Shown here: one piece after another, positions 52,201 to 64,000 of the stretch
Position numbering within the stretch: the first letter of the stretch is position 1
Layout of the letters: every line of letters begins with the position of its first letter
DNA from: Antedon mediterranea
Lineage: Eukaryota > Animalia > Echinodermata
Direction of reading: 5' to 3'
Assembly: GCF_964355755.1 (NCBI RefSeq)
Contig: NC_092675.1
Span: forward strand, 12,395,812 to 12,459,811
DNA: 64,000 nucleotides
Program-made: the position numbers and the translations under genes
The notes under the pieces: generated by a model
Seen by the model: only the letters and a program-made list of their open reading frames with translations
Databases searched by the model: none
What the model was told of the DNA's origin: nothing

Positions 52201-55200
52201 CGAGAGAGAAATAGATCAGCGAGAGAGAGGTAGATTAGCGAGAGAGAGAGAGAGATAGATCAGCGAGAGAAAGAGAGATATAGATCAGCGAGAGAGAGAG
52301 ATAGATAGATCAGCGAGAGAGAGATAGATCAGCGAGAGAGAGATAGATAGATCAGCGAGAGAGAGATAGATAGATCAGCGAGAGATAGATAATCGAGAGA
52401 GAAATTGATAGATCAGCGAGAGAGAGAGATAGATCAGCGAGAGAGAGATAGATAGATCAGCGAGAGAGAGATAGATAGATCAGCGAGAGAGAGATAGATC
52501 AGCGAGAGAGAGAGAGAGATAGATCAGCGAGAGAGAGAGATAGATCAGCGAGAGAGAGATAGATCAGCGAGAAAGAGATAGGTCAGCGAGAGAGAGATAG
52601 ATCAGCGAGAGAGAGATAGATCAGCGAGAGAGAGATAGATCAGCGAGAGAGAGAGAGATAGATCAGCGAGAGAGAGAGATAGATCAGCGAGAGAGAGATA
52701 GATCAGCCAGAGAGAGATAGATCAGCGAGAGAGAGATAGATCAGCGAAAGAAAGATAGATCAGCGAGAGAGAGATAGATCAGCCAGAGAGAGAAAGATCA
52801 GCGAGAGAGAGAAAGATCAGAGAAAGAGAGAGATAGATCAGCGAGAGAGAGATAGATCAGCGAGAAAGAGATAGATCAGCGAGAGAGAGATAGATCAGCG
52901 AGAGATAGATAGATCAGCGAGAGAGAGAGATAGATTAGAGAGAGAGATAGATCAGCTAGAGAGAGATAGATCAGCGAGAGAGAGAGATAGATCAGCGAGA
53001 GAGAGATAGATCAACGAGAGAGAGATAGATCAGCGAGAGACAGATAGATCAGCGACAGACAGATAGATCAGCGAGAGAGAGATAGATCAGCGAGAGAGAG
53101 ATAGATAGATCAGCGAGAGGGAGATAGATCAGCGAGAAAGAGATAGATAGATCAGCGAGAGAGAGATAGATAGATCAGCGAGAGAGATAGATAGATCAGC
53201 GAGAGAGAGATAGATCAGCGAGAGAGATAGATCAGCGAGAGAGAGATAGATCAGCGAGAGAGAGATAGATAGATCAGCGATCGAGAGATAGATAGATCAG
53301 CGATCGAGAGATAGATCAGCGAGAGAGAGATAGATAGATCAGCGAGAGAGAGATAGATAGATCAGCGAGAGAGAGATAGATAGATCAGCGAGAGAGAAAT
53401 TGATAGATCAGCGAGAGAGAGATAGATCAGCGAGAGAGAGATAGATAGATAGGCGAGAGAGAGATAGATCAGCGAGAGAGAGATAGATAGATCAGCGAAA
53501 GAGAGATAGATCAGCGAGAGAGAGATAGATAGATCAGCGAGAGAGAGAGATAGATAGATCAGCGAGAGAGAGATAGATAGATCAACGAGAAGGAGATAGA
53601 TCAGCGAGAAAGAGATAGATCAGCCAGAGAGAGATAGATCAGCCAGATAGAGAAAGATCAGCGAGAGAGAGAGATAGATAGATCAGCGAGAGAGAGATAG
53701 ATTGATCAGCGAGAGAGAGACAGATCAACGAGAGAGAGAAAGATCAGCGAGAGAGAGATAGATCAGCGAGAGAGAGATAGATCAGTGAGAGAGAGAGATA
53801 GATAGATCAGCGAGAGAGAGATATGTCAGCGAGAGAGAGATAGATCAGCGAGAGAGAGGTAGATCAGCGAGAGAGAGATAGATCAGCGAGAGAGAGATAT
53901 AGATCAGCGAGAGAGAGATAGACCAGCGAGAGAGAGAGATAGATCAGCGAGAGAGAGGTAGATTAGAGAGAGAGAGAGAGAGATAGATCAGCGAGAGAGA
54001 GAGATAGATCGGCGAGAGAGAGAGAGATAGATCAGCGAGAGAGAGATAGATCAGCGAGAGAGAAATAGATCAGCGAGACAGAGATAGATCAGCGAGAGAG
54101 AGATAGATCAGCGAGAGAGATAGATCAGCGAGAGAGAGATCAGCGAGAGAGAGATAGATCAGCGAGAGAGAGATAGATCAGCGAGAGAAAGATAGATCAG
54201 CGAGAGAGAGATAGATCAGCGAGAGAGAGAGAGATAGATCAGCGAGAGAGAGATAGATCAGCAAGAGAGAGATAGATCAGCCAGAGAGAGATAGATCAGC
54301 GAGAGAGAGAAAGATCAGAGAGAGAGATAGATCAGCGAAAGAAAGATAGATCAGCGAGAGAGAGAGATAGATCAGCCAGAGAGAGAAAGATCAGCGAGAG
54401 AGAGAAAGATCAGAGAGAGAGAGAGATAGATAGATCAGCGAGAGAGAGACAGATCAACGAGAGGGAGAAAGATCAGCGAGAGAGAGATAGATCAGCGAGA
54501 GAGAGATAGATCAGCGAGAGAGAGATAGATCAGCGAGAGAGAGATAGATCAACGAGATAGAGATAGATCAGCAAGAGACAGATAGATCAGCGACAGACAG
54601 ATAGATCAGCGAGAGAGAGATAGATCAGCGAGAGACAGATAGATCAGCAAGAGAAAGATAGATCAGCGAGAGACAGATAGATCAGCGAGAGAGAGATAGA
54701 TAGATCAGCGAGAGAGAAATAGATCGGCGAGAGAGAGAGATAGATCAGCGAGAGAGAAATAGATCAGCGAGAGAGAGATAGACCAGCGAGAGAGATAGAT
54801 CAGCGAGAGAGAGATAGATCAGCGAGAGAGAGATAGATCAGTGAGAGAGAGATCAGCGAGAGAAAGATAGATCAGCGAGAGAGAGATAGATCAGCGAGAG
54901 AGAGATAGATCAGCGAGAGAGAGATAGATCAGCGAGAGAGAGAGATAGATCAGCGAGAGAGAGAGATAGATCAGCGAGAGAGAGAGAGATAGATCAGCGA
55001 GAGAGAGAGATAGATCAGCGAGAGAGAGATAGATCAGCGAAAGAAAGATAGATCAGCGAGAGAGAGATAGATCAGCCAGAGAGAGAAAGATCAGCGAGAG
55101 AAAGAAAGATCAGAGAAAGAGAGAGATAGATCAGCGAGAGAGAGATAGATCAGCGAGAAAGAGATAGGTCAGCAAGAGAGAGATAGATCAGCGAGAGATA

Positions 55201-58200
55201 GATAGATCAGCGAGAGAGAGAGATAGATTAGAGAGAGAGATAGATCAGCTAGAGAGAGATAGATCAGCGAGAGAGAGATAGATCAGCGAGAGAGAGATAG
55301 ATCAACGAGAGAGAGATAGATCAGCGAGAGACAGATAGATCAGCGACAGACAGATAGATCAGCGAGAGAGAGATAGATCAGCGAGAGAGAGATAGATAGA
55401 TCAGCGAGAGGGAGATAGATCAGCGAGAAAGAGATAGATAGATCAGCGAGAGAGAGATAGATAGATCAGCGAGAGAGATAGATAGATCAGCGAGAGAGAG
55501 ATAGATCAGCGAGAGAGATAGATCAGCGAGAGAGATAGATCAGCGAGAGAGAGATAGATAGATCAGCGAGAGAGAGATAGATCAGTGAGAGAGAGATAGA
55601 TCAGCGAGAGGGAGATAGATAGATCAGCGAGAGATAGATAGATAGATCAGTGAGAGAGAGATAGATAGATCAGCGAACGAGAGATAGATCAGCGAGAGAG
55701 AGAGATAGATAGATCAGCGAGAGAGAGATAGATAGATCGGCGAGAGAGAGATAGATAGATCAGCGAGAGAGAGATAGATAGATCAGCGAGAGAGAGATAG
55801 ATCAGCGAGAGAGATAGATAGATCAGCGAGAGAGTGATAGATAGATCAGCGAGAGAGAGAGATAGATCAGCGAGAGAGAGATAGATAGATCAGCGAGAGA
55901 GAGATAGATCAGCGAGAGAGAGAGAGAGATAGATAGATCAGCGAGAGAGAGATAGATAGATCAGCGAGAGGGAGATAGATCAGCGAGAAAGATATAGATC
56001 AGCAAGAGAGAGATAGATCAGCCAGAGAGAGAAAGATCAGCGAGAGAGAGATAGATAGATCAGCGAGAGAGAGAGAGATAGATCAGCGAGAGAGAGATAG
56101 ATAGATCAGCGAGAGAGAGAGATAGATAGATCAGCGAGAGAGAGATAGATAGATCAACGAGAAGGAGATAGATCAGCGAGAAAGAGATAGATCAGCCAGA
56201 GAGAGATAGATCAGCCAGATAGAGAAAGATCAGCGAGAGAGAGAGATAGATAGATCAGCGAGAGAGAGATAGATTGATCAGCGAGAGAGAGACAGATCAA
56301 CGAGAGAGAGAAAGATCAGCGAGAGAGAGATAGATCAGCGAGAGAGAGATAGATCAGTGAGAGAGAGAGATAGATAGATCAGCGAGAGAGAGATATGTCA
56401 GCGAGAGAGAGATAGATCAGCGAGAGAGAGGTAGATCAGCGAGAGAGAGATAGATCAGCGAGAGAGAGATATAGATCAGCGAGAGAGAGATAGACCAGCG
56501 AGAGAGAGATAGATCAGCGAGAGAGAGGTAGATTAGAGAGAGAGAGAGAGATAGATCAGCGAGAGAGAGAGATATATCGGCGAGAGAGAGAGAGATAGAT
56601 CAGCGAGAGAGAGATAGATCAGCGAGAGAGAAATAGATCAGCGAGACAGAGATAGATCAGCGAGAGAGAGATAGATCAGCGAGAGAGATAGATCAGCGAG
56701 AGAGAGATCAGCGAGAGAGAGATAGATCAGCGAGAGAGAGAAAGATCAGCGAGAGAAAGATAGATCAGCGAGAGAGAGATAGATCAGCGAGAGAGAGAGA
56801 GATAGATCAGCGAGAGAGAGATAGATCAGCAAGAGAGAGATAGATCAGCCAGAGAGAGATAGATCAGCGAGAGAGAGAAAGATCAGAGAGAGAGATAGAT
56901 CAGCGAAAGAAAGATAGATCAGCGAGAGAGAGAGATAGATCAGCCAGAGAGAGAAAGATCAGCGAGAGAGAGAAAGATCAGAGAGAGAGAGAGATAGATA
57001 GATCAGCGAGAGAGAGACAGATCAACGAGAGGGAGAAAGATCAGCGAGAGAGAGATAGATCAGCGAGAGAGAGATAGATCAGCGAGAGAGAGATAGATCA
57101 GCGAGAGAGAGATAGATCAACGAGATAGAGATAGATCAGCAAGAGACAGATAGATCAGCGACAGACAGATAGATCAGCGAGAGAGAGATAGATCAGCGAG
57201 AGACAGATAGATCAGCAAGAGACAGATAGATCAGCGAGAGACAGATAGATCAGCGAGAGAGAGATAGATAGATCAGCGAGAGAGAGATAGATCGGCGAGA
57301 GAGAGAGATAGATCAGCGAGAGAGAGATAGATCAGCGAGAGAGAAATAGATCAGCGAGAGAGAGATAGATCAGCGAGAGAGATAGATCAGCGAGAGAGAG
57401 ATAGATCAGCGAGAGAGAGATAGATCAGCGAGAGAGAGATCAGCGAGAGAAAGATAGATCAGCGAGAGAGAGATAGATCAGCGAGAGAGAGATAGATCAG
57501 CGAGAGAGAGATAGATCAGCGAGAGAGAGAGAGATAGATCAGCGAGAGAGAGAGATAGATCAGCGAGAGAGAGAGAGATAGATCAGCGAGAGAGAGAGAT
57601 AGATCAGCGAGAGAGAGATAGATCAGCGAAAGAAAGATAGATCAGCGAGAGAGAGATAGATCAGCCAGAGAGAGAAAGATCAGCGAGAGAGAGAAAGATC
57701 AGAGAAAGAGAGAGATAGATCAGCGAGAGAGAGATAGATCAGCGAGAAAGAGATAGGTCAGCGAGAGAGAGATAGATCAGCGAGAGATAGATAGATCAGC
57801 GAGAGAGAGAGATAGATTAGAGAGAGAGATAGATCAGCTAGAGAGAGATAGATCAGCGAGAGAGAGATAGATCAGCGAGAGAGAGATAGATCAACGAGAG
57901 AGAGATAGATCAGCGAGAGACAGATAGATCAGCAACAGACAGATAGATCAGCGAGAGAGAGATAGATCAGCGAGAGAGAGATAGATAGATCAGCGAGAGG
58001 GAGATAGATCAGCGAGAAAGAGATAGATAGATCAGCGAGAGAGAGATAGATAGATCAGCGAGAGAGATAGATAGATCAGCGAGAGAGAGATAGATCAGCG
58101 AGAGAGATAGATCAGCGAGAGAGATAGATCAGCGAGAGAGAGATAGATAGATCAGCGAGAGAGAGAAAGATCAGTGAGAGAGAGATAGATCAGCGAGAGG

Positions 58201-61200
58201 GAGATAGATAGATCAGCGAGAGATAGATAGATAGATCAGTGAGAGAGAGATAGATAGATCAGCGAACGAGAGATAGATCAGCGAGAGAGAGAGATAGATA
58301 GATCAGCGAGAGAGAGATAGATAGATCGGCGAGAGAGAGATAGATAGATCAGCGAGAGAGAGATAGATAGATCAGCGAGAGAGAAATTGATAGATCAGCG
58401 AGAGAGATAGATCAGCGAGAGAGAGATAGATAGATCAGCGAGAGAGAGAGATAGATAGATCAGCGAGAGAGAGATAGATCAGCGAGAAAGAGATAGATAG
58501 ATCAGCGAGAGAGTGATAGATAGATCAGCGAGAGAGAGAGATAGATCAGCGAGAGAGAGATAGATAGATCAGCGAGAGAGAGATAGATCAGCGAGAGAGA
58601 GAGAGAGATAGATAGATCAGCGAGAGAGAGATAGATAGATCAGCGAGAGGGAGATAGATCAGCGAGAAAGATATAGATCAGCAAGAGAGAGATAGATCAG
58701 CCAGAGAGAGAAAGATCAGCGAGAGAGAGATAGATAGATCAGCGAGAGAGAGATAGATAGATCAGCGAGAGAGAGACAGATCAACGAGAGGGTGAAAGAT
58801 CAGCGAGAGAGAGATAGATCAGCGAGAGAGAGATAGATCAGCGAGAGAGAGAGAGATAGATCATCGAGAGAGAGATAGATAGATCAGCGAGAGAGAGAGA
58901 TAGATAGATCAGCAAGAGAGATAGATAGATCAGCGAGAGGGAGATAGATCAGCGAGAAAGAGATAGATCAGCCAGAGAGAGATAGATCAGCCAGAGAGAG
59001 AAAGATCAGCGAGAGAGAGAGAGATAGATAGATCAGCGAGAGAGAGAAAGATCAGCGAGAGAGAGAATGATCAGAGAGAGAGAGATAGATCAGCGAGAAA
59101 GAGATAGATATGCGAGAAAGAGATAGATCAGCGAGAGAGAGATAGATCAGCGAGAGAGAGATAGATCAACGAGAGACAGATAGATCAGCGAGAGACAGAT
59201 AGATCAGCGACAGACAGATAGATCAGCGAGAGAGAGATAGATAAGCGAGAGACAGATAGATCAGCAAGAGACAGATAGTTCAGCGATAGGGAGATAGATC
59301 AGCGAGAGAGAGATAGATAGATCAGCGAGAGAGAGAGATAGATAGATCAGCGAGAGAGAGATAGATCAGCGAGAGAGAGATAGATAGGTCAGCGAGAGGG
59401 AGATAGATCAGCGAGAAAGAGATAGATAGATCAGCGAGAGAGAGATAGATAGATCAGCGAGAGAGATAAATAGATCAGCGAGAGAGAGATAGATCAGCGA
59501 GAGAGAGATAGACAGATCAGCGAGAGAGAGATAGATCAGTGAAAGAGAGATAGATAGATCAGCGAGAGAGATAGATCAGCGAGAGGGAGATAGATAGATC
59601 AGCGAGAGATAAATAGATAGATCAGCGAGAGAGAGATAGATAGATCAGCGAACGAGAGATAGATCAGCGAGAGAGAGATAGATAGATCAGCGAGAGAGAG
59701 ATAGATAGATCAGCGAGAGAGAGATAGATAGATCAGCGAGAGAGAAATTGATAGATCAGCGAGAGAGAGAGAGATAGATCAGCGAGAGAGAGATAGATAG
59801 ATCAGCGAGAGAGAGATAGATAGATCAGCGAGAGAGAGAGATAGATCAGCGAGAGAGAGAGATATAGATCAGCGAAAGAGAGAGATAGATCAGCGAGAGA
59901 GAGAGATAGATCAGCCAGAGAGAGATAGATCAGCGAGAGAGAGAAAGATCAGAGAGAGAGAGAGAGAGAGATAGATCAGCGAGAGAGAAATAGATCAGCG
60001 AGAGAGAGATAGATTAGCCACAGAGAGATAGATCACCGAGAGAGCGAAAGATCAGTGAGAGAGAGATAGATAGATCAGCGAGAGAGAGATAGATAGATCA
60101 GCGAGAGAGAGATAGATCAGCGAGAGAGAGAGATAGATCAGCGAGAGAGAGATAGATCAGCGAGAGAGAGATAAATCAGCGAGAGAGAGATAGATCACCG
60201 AGAGAGAGATGGATAGATCAGCGAGAGAGAGAGATAGATAAGCGAGAGAGAGATAGATAGATCAGAGAGAGAGAGATAGATCAGCGAGAGAGAGATAGAT
60301 AGATCAGCGAGAGAGAGATAGATCAGCGAGAAAGAGATAGATAGATCAGCGAGAGAGAGATATATCAGCGAGAGAGAGATAGATAGATCAGCGAGAGAGA
60401 GATAGATAGATCAGCGAGAGAAAGATAGTTAGATCAGCGAGAGAGAGATAGATCAGCGAGAAAGAGATATATAGATCAGGGAGAGAGAGATAGATAGATC
60501 AGCGAGAGAGAGATAGATCAGCGAGAGAGAGATAGATAGATCAGCGAGAGGGAGATAGATCAGCGAGAAAGAGATAGATAGATCAGCGAGAGAGATAGAT
60601 AGATCAGCGAGAGAGATAGATCAGCGAGAGAGAGAGAGATAGACAGATCAGCGAGAGAGAGATAGATCAGCGAGAGAGAGATAGATAGATCAGCGAGAGA
60701 GAGGTAGATTAGCGAGGGAGAGAGATAGATCAGCGAGAGAGAGATAGATAGATCAGCGAGAGAGAGATAGATAGATCAGAGAGGGAGAGATAGATCAGCG
60801 AGAGAGAGATAGATAGATTAGCGAGAGAGAGATAGATCAGCGAGAGAGAGATAGATAGATCAGCGAGAGAGAGATAGATCAGCGAGAGAGAGAGATAGAT
60901 AGATCAGCGAGAGGGAGATAGATCAGCGAGAAAGAGATAGATCAGCCAGAGAGAGATAGATCAGCCAGAGAGAGAAAGATCAGCGAGAGAGAGATAGATA
61001 GATCAGCGAGAGAGAGATAGATAGATCAGCAAGAGAGAGACAGATCAACGAGAGAGAGAAAGATAGATCAGAGAGAGAGAGATAGATCAGCGAGAGAGAG
61101 ATAGATAGATCAGCGAGAGAGAGATAGATCAGCGAGAAAGAGATAGATAGATCAGCGAGAGAGAGATATATCAGCGAGAGAGAGATAGATAGATCAGCGA

Positions 61201-64000
61201 GAGAGAGATAGATAGATCAGCGAGAGAAAGATAGATAGATCAGCGAGAGAGAGATAGATCAGCGAGAAAGAGATATATAGATCAGGGAGAGAGAGATAGA
61301 TAGATCAGCGAGAGAGAGATAGATCAGCGAGAGAGAGATAGATAGATCAGCGAGAGGGAGATAGATCAGCGAGAAAGAGATAGATAGATCAGCGAGAGAG
61401 ATAGATAGATCAGCGAGAGAGATAGATCAGCGAGAGAGAGAGAGATAGACAGATCAGCGAGAGAGAGATAGATCAGCGAGAGAGAGATAGATAGATCAGC
61501 GAGAGAGAGGTAGATTAGCGAGGGAGAGAGATAGATCAGCGAGAGAGAGATAGATAGATCAGCGAGAGAGAGATAGATAGATCAGAGAGGGAGAGATAGA
61601 TCAGCGAGAGAGAGATAGATAGATTAGCGAGAGAGAGATAGATCAGCGAGAGAGAGATAGATAGATCAGCGAGAGAGAGATAGATCAGCGAGAGAGAGAG
61701 ATAGATAGATCAGCGAGAGGGAGATAGATCAGCGAGAAAGAGATAGATCAGCCAGAGAGAGATAGATCAGCCAGAGAGAGAAAGATCAGCGAGAGAGAGA
61801 TAGATAGATCAGCGAGAGAGAGATAGATAGATCAGCAAGAGAGAGACAGATCAACGAGAGAGAGAAAGATCAGCGAGAGAGAGATAGATCAGCGAGAGAG
61901 AGATAGATCAGCGAGAGAGAGAGATAGATAGATCAGCGAGAGAGAGATATATCAGCGAGAGAGAGATAGATCAGCGAGAGACAGATAGATCAGCGAGAGA
62001 GAGATAGATCAGCGAGAGAGAGAGAGATAGATAAGCGAGAAAGAGATAGACCAGCGAGAGAGAGATAGATCAGCGAGAGAGAGGTAGATTAGCGAGAGAG
62101 AGAGATAGATCAGCGAGAGAGAGAGATAGATCGGCGAGAGAGAGATAGATCAGCGAGAGAGATATAGATCAGCGAGAGAGAGATAGATCAGCGAGACAGA
62201 GAAAGATCAGCGAGGGAGAGATAGATCAGCGAGCGAGAGATAGATCAGCGAGAGAGAGATAGATCAGCGAGAGAGATAGATCAGCGAGAGAGAGATAGAT
62301 CAGCGAGAGAGAGATAGATCAGCGAGAGAGAGAGATCAGCGAGAGAGAGATAGATAAGCGAGAGAGAGATAGATCAGCGAGAGAGAGATAGATCAGCGAG
62401 AGAGAGAGAGAGATAGATCAGCGAGAGAGAGAGAGATAGATCAGCAAGAGAGAGATAGATCACCCAGAGAGAGATAGATCAGCGAGAGAGAGAAAGATCA
62501 GAGAGAGAGAGAGAGATAGATCAGCGAGAGAGAGATAGATCAGCGAGAGAGAGATAGATCAGCCAGAGAGAGAAAGATCAGCGAGAGAGAGAGAAAGATC
62601 AGAGAGAGAGAGAGATAGATCAGCGAGAGAGAGATAGGTCAGCGAGAGAGAGATAGATCAGCGAGAGATAGATAGATCAGCGAGAGAGAGAGATAGATCA
62701 GAGAGAGAGAGATAGATCAGCGAGAGAGAGATAGATCAGCGAGAGAGAGATAGATCAGCGAGAGAGAGATAGATCAGCGAGAGAGATATATATCAGCAAG
62801 AGAGAAATAGATCAGCGAGATAGATAGATCAGCGAGAAGAGATAGATCAGCGAGAGAGAGATAGATAGATCAGCGAAAGAGATAGATAGATCAGCGAGAG
62901 AGAGATAGATCAGCGAGAGAGATATAGATAGATAAGCGAGAGAGAGATAGATCAGCGAGAGAGAGAGATAGATCAGCGAGAGAGAGAGAGAGAGAGATAG
63001 ATCAGCGAGAGAGATATATTTATCAGCGAGAGAGAGATAGATCGGCGAGATAGATAGATCAGCGAGAGAGAGATAGATCAGCGACAGATAGATAGATCAG
63101 CGAGAGAGAGAGAGAGAGAGAGATAGATCAGCGAGAGAGAGATAGATCAGCGACAGATAGATAGATCAGCGAGAGAGAGAGAGAGAGAGAGAGATAGATC
63201 AGCGAGAGATAGATAGATCAGCGAGAGAGAGATAGATAAATCAGCGAGAGAGAGAAAGATAGATCAGCGAGAGAGAGATAGATAGATCAGCGAGAGAGAG
63301 AGAGAGAGAGATAGATCAGCGAGAGATAGATAGATCAGCGAGAGAGAGATAGCTCAGCGAGAGAGATATAGATAGATCAGCGAGAGAGAGATAGATCAGC
63401 GAGTGAGAGATAGATTAGCGAGAGAGAGATAGATAGATCAGCGTGAGAGAGAGATAGATAAGCGACAGAGAGATAGATCAGCGAGAGAGAGATAGATCAG
63501 CGAGAGAGAGAGATAGATCAGCGAGAGAGAGATAGATCAGCGAGAGAGAGATAGATCAGCGAGGGAGAGATAGATCAGTGAGAGAGATATATTTATCAGC
63601 GAGAGAGAGATATATCGGCGAGATAGACTGATCAGCGAGAGAGAGGTATATCAGCGAGAGAGAGATAGATCAGTGAGAGAGATATAGATCAGCGTGAGAG
63701 AGATAGATCAGCGAGAGAGAGATAGATCAGCGAGACACAGATAGATCAGCGAGTGAGAGATAGATCAGCGAGAGGGAGAGAGATAGATCAGCGACAGAGA
63801 GATTGATCAGCGAGACACAGTTAGTTCAACGAGAGAGATAGATCATCGAGAGAGAGATACATCAGTGAGAGAGGGATAGATAGATCAGCGAGAGAGAGAG
63901 AGAGAGAGATAGATCAGCGAGAGAGAGATAGATCAGCGAGAGAGAGAGAGAGAGAGATAGATCAGCGAGAGAGAGAGATAGATCAGCAAGAGAGAGATAG
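31923..64000 (+). repeat. Satellite array segment 3 (about 32 kb), same monomer family, degenerating toward the window end
   Basis: Continuous monomers in the same orientation; many more private substitutions after about 62750. Confidence 0.98.

Noticed and set aside
57300-63000. Expected third LINE copy if the 28-kb unit were a regular tandem macro-repeat
   Set aside because: No LINE sequence is present, and the homologous GATATATC monomer at 61945-61953 is empty.
1-64000. CRISPR array or RT-associated prokaryotic repeat system (retron, DGR, group II intron, RT-Cas1)
   Set aside because: There are no unique spacers and no cas or accessory genes. The RT has eukaryotic LINE motifs, a CCHC knuckle, a simple-repeat tail and a TSD.

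Overview
Eukaryotic heterochromatin-like DNA. About 92% of the window is one head-to-tail satellite with a 19-bp consensus monomer, GATCAGC(GA)5TA. It is a compound GA/GATA microsatellite with a fixed TCAGC spacer and 15-30+ bp length variants, organised into nested higher-order duplications. The only non-satellite sequence is two near-identical 2.6-kb copies (1262-3870 and 29314-31922, minus strand, 28,052 bp apart) of a 5'-truncated non-LTR retrotransposon, most like the RTE/RTEX group. Each copy has an uninterrupted RT plus C-terminal CCHC frame, a hairpin-containing 3' UTR, an (AAAG)n tail and a 9-bp target-site duplication AGATATATC. Identical junctions and shared flanking satellite variants show one insertion later copied within a very large satellite duplication (or an assembly/haplotype duplication), not two insertions. 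An empty paralogous target site lies about 1 kb from each copy. No host genes, RNA genes or CRISPR arrays are visible. Coordinates inside the satellite were hand-counted from rare marker variants, and block boundaries are approximate.
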